Source: Candidatus Omnitrophota bacterium (lineage in GTDB: Bacteria > Omnitrophota > Gorgyraeia > Gygaellales > Profunditerraquicolaceae). From it: a stretch of DNA of 64,000 nt. The stretch lies in NCBI GenBank assembly GCA_028716705.1, contig JAQUPI010000003.1:7737-71736 (forward strand), written 5' to 3'. Shown here one piece after another: positions 30,001 to 32,797 of this stretch. The notes beneath the pieces were generated by a model. The model saw nothing but the letters and a program-made list of their open reading frames with translations, did not search any database and had not been told where the DNA came from. The stretch's first letter is position 1, and each line of letters opens with the position of its first letter. A program made the position numbers and the translations under genes.

Positions 30001-32797
30001 CGGAGAGTTTTTGATATATTACGAGGTGCCGATGTCTTCAGCCGCCGTATTCTTATATGAAGAGAACATAGAGGGATTTGTAATATCCCTGAAAAAAGCG
30101 GGCTTTATTGTAGAAGGGCCGGAACATATCCTGTCTTCTGTGAATTATGCCGTAACCATAAGAGCTAAGAAGCCGCGGAAGGAAGACTCAATTTCAGCAA
30201 AAGCGCTGCGGGAGAAAGCCGTCCCGATCCTTTATGATCTGGGGTATTCAAAAGGATCCCTGGATCCGCTGCTAAAGGAACTTGAGACCCTGTTCAAGGA
30301 GATCGATGCCAGAATGGGGCTGGCCAGGCTTCAAAATGAATTAAGCCAGGCCCTGCAAGCGAATAATGCCGCGCGTCTTATAGCCCCTCTTAACGGATTG
30401 AATTCGCTGTTTGAGGAAAACAACTATAAGAACGTTTACCGTCCAAGGCCGATAATAAATCTATTGATCAACGGCTTAAACGCGGAGGATATCTTTGAGC
30501 GCATAATGCAGACCGAGATCCCGACCATGCTCAAGCTTAAAGCCAATGAAACGCTCATTTCCTGCACTGCCATTTCCCAGCTGGGTTACACCGTTTTGAG
30601 GTCATTGGGCGTGGATGCCAAGGGAGCGATCTCCCCAAGGCACGCTTTCCTCGGAATGGAGCTTAGCGGCGGCCGGGTCCTGTTCATTGATTTCTACAGG
30701 AATATATTCCGTGCGGTCAATATCGCCAGGTATTACAGGAAAGAAGGGGTGTATTTTGTCCTTAAGGAAAAATACAGGCTCAGCCGGAAGGAGTTAGGGG
30801 GGATTACGGAAAGAGTTGCCGCTGTTAAGGGCGGAGAAAGAATAACTGTGGTAGAGAGTTTGAGAGGCAACAAACTTCTGCATTGGAAGTTCTTTTACAT
30901 TAAAATGATCAGTTCCGGGGGAGTTTCCCGCCTTATCCATAACAACCTGGGCCTGGCTTACGGGACTCTAGGCATCTATAATGAAGCGATCTTGGCCTGC
31001 AAAAAAGCCATAAGATTGGACCCGAATTACGCGGATGCCTACAACAACCTGGGGATCATTTACGCCCACCTGGGGCAATACGATAAGGCTATCACGGAAT
31101 TAAGGAAGGCAAAGAAATTGAATCCCAACGATAACGGCATCATTTCCAACTTGGATAAGCTTTATGGTATGCAGGGCGGGATAGGCAAAACCAGTTACCT
31201 GGCTGAAGGCGAACCGCTGGGCATAGACACCCCGGCCGTATCTTTAAATAAGATGTTATTAGGCTGGGCAGGAAGATACAGCGAAGATGAGATTTTGATG
31301 CTGATAAAAAAAGCCAAGGCAGAAAAACGCATAAAGAACCCGGGGCTTAAGCTTGGATTACGTTTATGGATGGCGCAAATACGAACCAACACTTTATTAG
31401 AAACCCTGGCCAAACAAGGGCGGATCGCGGGGCCTCCTTTTATCAAGGGTTTCCGGTTGATCATGAATGAGAATAACGCGCTGACATTCGGCGCTTACAT
31501 CAAACAAGGCATCCTTTATATCGAGCAACCCCTCCTTCAAGACCGTTCCCTCGAAGAGATCATCCTGCATGAAAAAATCGAGATTGTTGCCAAAGACCAT
31601 GCGATAGCGCAAGGCCTGACAAGAGAAGTTCTCACCACTTCGCTGCGCGTACATACATCTAATATCAGGCATATCATTGGCACGGTGCTTAAGCACCGTT
31701 ATTTCCCGCTGTCGATTTTTATTTCCATGATCGCGTTTACCGCCCTAATTTTTACCTACAGGGACACGATTATAAATTTGGGCGTTTTTGATTACCGGCT
31801 GGCGGCATTCCTTACTTCGGCAGTGACTAATGCCACCGTTTTTATTCCGGACACAGGCCTTGTTATAATCCTTTCCCTGGCCGCGGCGTATAATCCTGTT
31901 ATAGTGGGGATTATGACCGGTTTGGGAGCGATCACAGCATTGCTTATGACCTATTTTGGAGGCCGCATTATCCGTTCTTTAGTAAAAGGAGACCGCATAG
32001 ACCGTATCGAGCAAAGGGTAAATCACGGGATAGAGAAACGGGGATGGCTCTTTATCCTATTCGCTTACGGCATCCCCATACCTTCTCCCCTTCCTGAGAT
32101 CACGGGCATAGTAGCCGGAGCCACGAAGTTTTCCATTTCCAGATTCCTTATGTTTATCGTATGCGCTACGGCGGGAAATGTGATAAAAAGCGTTTTTTAC
32201 GCCTGTATCGGCGCATGGCTGTTGAATTTATACGGGCCTGCAGTATTGAACTTTTTCAAGGAGAATGTGCTTATCTTCGCGCCTTTAGCGGGAATAGCCG
32301 TGATCTTCATCGCTTTTGTAGCGATCTTAAAGCTGGTCCCGGAAATAAAAAGGATCCCCGCGTTTGCGTCTATAGACAGGTTACTGACAATTGAGGGCAT
32401 AAAGTTGTTGTTTGAGAAATCCGGGCAAGGCATAAGGATTTCGAAGATAAGCGTAAAGAAAATCAGCATAAAGCCGGTCAGGATAATCATAAAGGGAATA
32501 AGGATCAGGGTCAGGCCGTTGAAAATAAAGGTCAGGGCGCTCAGGATAAAGATCAAAAAGTTAAGAATAAAAGTAAAGAGGCTAAAGATAAGTATAAAGA
32601 AGCTGATTATAAAGAAGGGGGGGATTTCGGAGAACCGGGAAGAAAAAGCCTGCCCGGAAAATAATACAAAAAGAACGCAGGAGAAAACTAATAACCAGGA
32701 CCTTGCCATCGAAAATCTGAGCAATGGTATGGAATCTATGCAGGGAGGTAAGACGGCGCAGATAGAGAATGCCACGGTTATTTCCAGCCGGATATAA
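2..32797 (+). CDS. Giant multidomain protein, 5'-partial. The reading frame is open from window position 2. The first start-like codon in the window is GTG at 185. More than 10,930 aa lie in the window.
   Basis: Continuous stop-free frame for 32.7 kb in ~50% GC DNA. Many recognisable protein motifs occur in this single frame (listed as sub-features). The frame is still open at the window start, so the true start lies upstream. Confidence 0.9.
   Translation, partial: [10931 protein letters not shown]
440..960 (+). other. Domain in giant ORF: class I SAM-dependent methyltransferase fold
   Basis: Motif I '[12 protein letters not shown]' (glycine-rich SAM loop) followed by an acidic residue ('VEIDE') and a post-II region, in the usual Rossmann order. 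Confidence 0.6.
5692..7240 (+). other. gpmI: Domain in giant ORF: 2,3-bisphosphoglycerate-independent phosphoglycerate mutase (iPGM/GpmI-like), apparently full length
   Basis: '[10 protein letters not shown]', '[22 protein letters not shown]', '[10 protein letters not shown]', 'TSHTLNPV' and the C-terminal '[23 protein letters not shown]' match the iPGM family signatures in correct order over ~515 aa. Confidence 0.85.
7255..7790 (+). other. Cluster of ~4 predicted transmembrane helices inside the giant ORF, immediately after the iPGM domain
   Basis: Hydrophobic stretches '[40 protein letters not shown]', '[16 protein letters not shown]' and '[17 protein letters not shown]'. Confidence 0.5.
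10175..10198 (+). other. CxxxCxxC motif (radical-SAM-like [4Fe-4S] cluster motif) in the giant ORF
   Basis: In-frame 'C-S-V-Q-C-D-Y-C'. It is a single motif and no further radical-SAM landmarks were recognised. Confidence 0.3.
17300..17935 (+). other. Domain in giant ORF: RelA/SpoT-type HD ((p)ppGpp hydrolase-like) domain
   Basis: '[14 protein letters not shown]...[10 protein letters not shown]' and downstream '[13 protein letters not shown]' mirror the SpoT/RelA HD-domain blocks ('GEPYI.HPL.VA', 'LLHDVVEDT', 'IKLADRLHNMRTL'). Confidence 0.6.
20000..20470 (+). other. Domain in giant ORF: CHAT / caspase-like (clan CD) peptidase-like segment
   Basis: '[12 protein letters not shown]' (His block) and '[14 protein letters not shown]' (Cys block) resemble the His/Cys dyad motifs of CHAT domains. 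Confidence 0.35.
22580..23150 (+). other. Three helix-turn-helix / winged-helix DNA-binding-like motifs inside the giant ORF
   Basis: '[30 protein letters not shown]' (DeoR-like HTH), '[24 protein letters not shown]', and '[39 protein letters not shown]' (MarR/TrmB-like wHTH). Confidence 0.45.
26238..26475 (+). other. Domain in giant ORF: transglutaminase-like cysteine-protease core (C...H...D)
   Basis: '[17 protein letters not shown]...[23 protein letters not shown]' shows the Cys / His-x-Trp / Asp spacing of the transglutaminase-like superfamily. Confidence 0.3.
27340..27935 (+). other. pcm: Domain in giant ORF: protein-L-isoaspartate O-methyltransferase (PIMT/Pcm)
   Basis: '[15 protein letters not shown]', '[19 protein letters not shown]', '[19 protein letters not shown]' and 'GRVYTIEI' match PIMT blocks in order. 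Confidence 0.8.
28045..28515 (+). other. HEAT-like helical repeats in the giant ORF
   Basis: Repeated '[25 protein letters not shown] / [10 protein letters not shown] / [13 protein letters not shown] / EEVRKHA' helical-pair pattern typical of PBS-lyase/HEAT repeats. Confidence 0.45.
28600..28990 (+). other. Second class I SAM methyltransferase-like domain in the giant ORF
   Basis: '[11 protein letters not shown]', an acidic residue at 'IECVDS', and 'FDIAFLNYP...[10 protein letters not shown]' are in the usual motif I / II / post-III order. Confidence 0.45.
29461..29735 (+). other. GNAT-like acetyltransferase segment in the giant ORF
   Basis: '[41 protein letters not shown]' resembles the GNAT motif A region (R/Q-x-x-G-x-G/A-like with the following helix). 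Confidence 0.3.
30925..31160 (+). other. TPR repeats (about 2.5) in the giant ORF
   Basis: '[63 protein letters not shown]' fits the canonical 34-aa TPR consensus. Confidence 0.7.
31690..32365 (+). other. C-terminal multi-pass TM block with DedA/SNARE-associated-like signature in the giant ORF
   Basis: Several hydrophobic helices plus '[48 protein letters not shown]', which resembles the DedA/TVP38 family core. Confidence 0.4.
32400..32625 (+). repeat. Periodic K/I/R-rich low-complexity tail near the C-terminus of the giant ORF (in-frame ~9-nt periodic DNA repeat)
   Basis: '[60 protein letters not shown]'. The DNA shows repeated AGGATAAAG-like units. Confidence 0.8.
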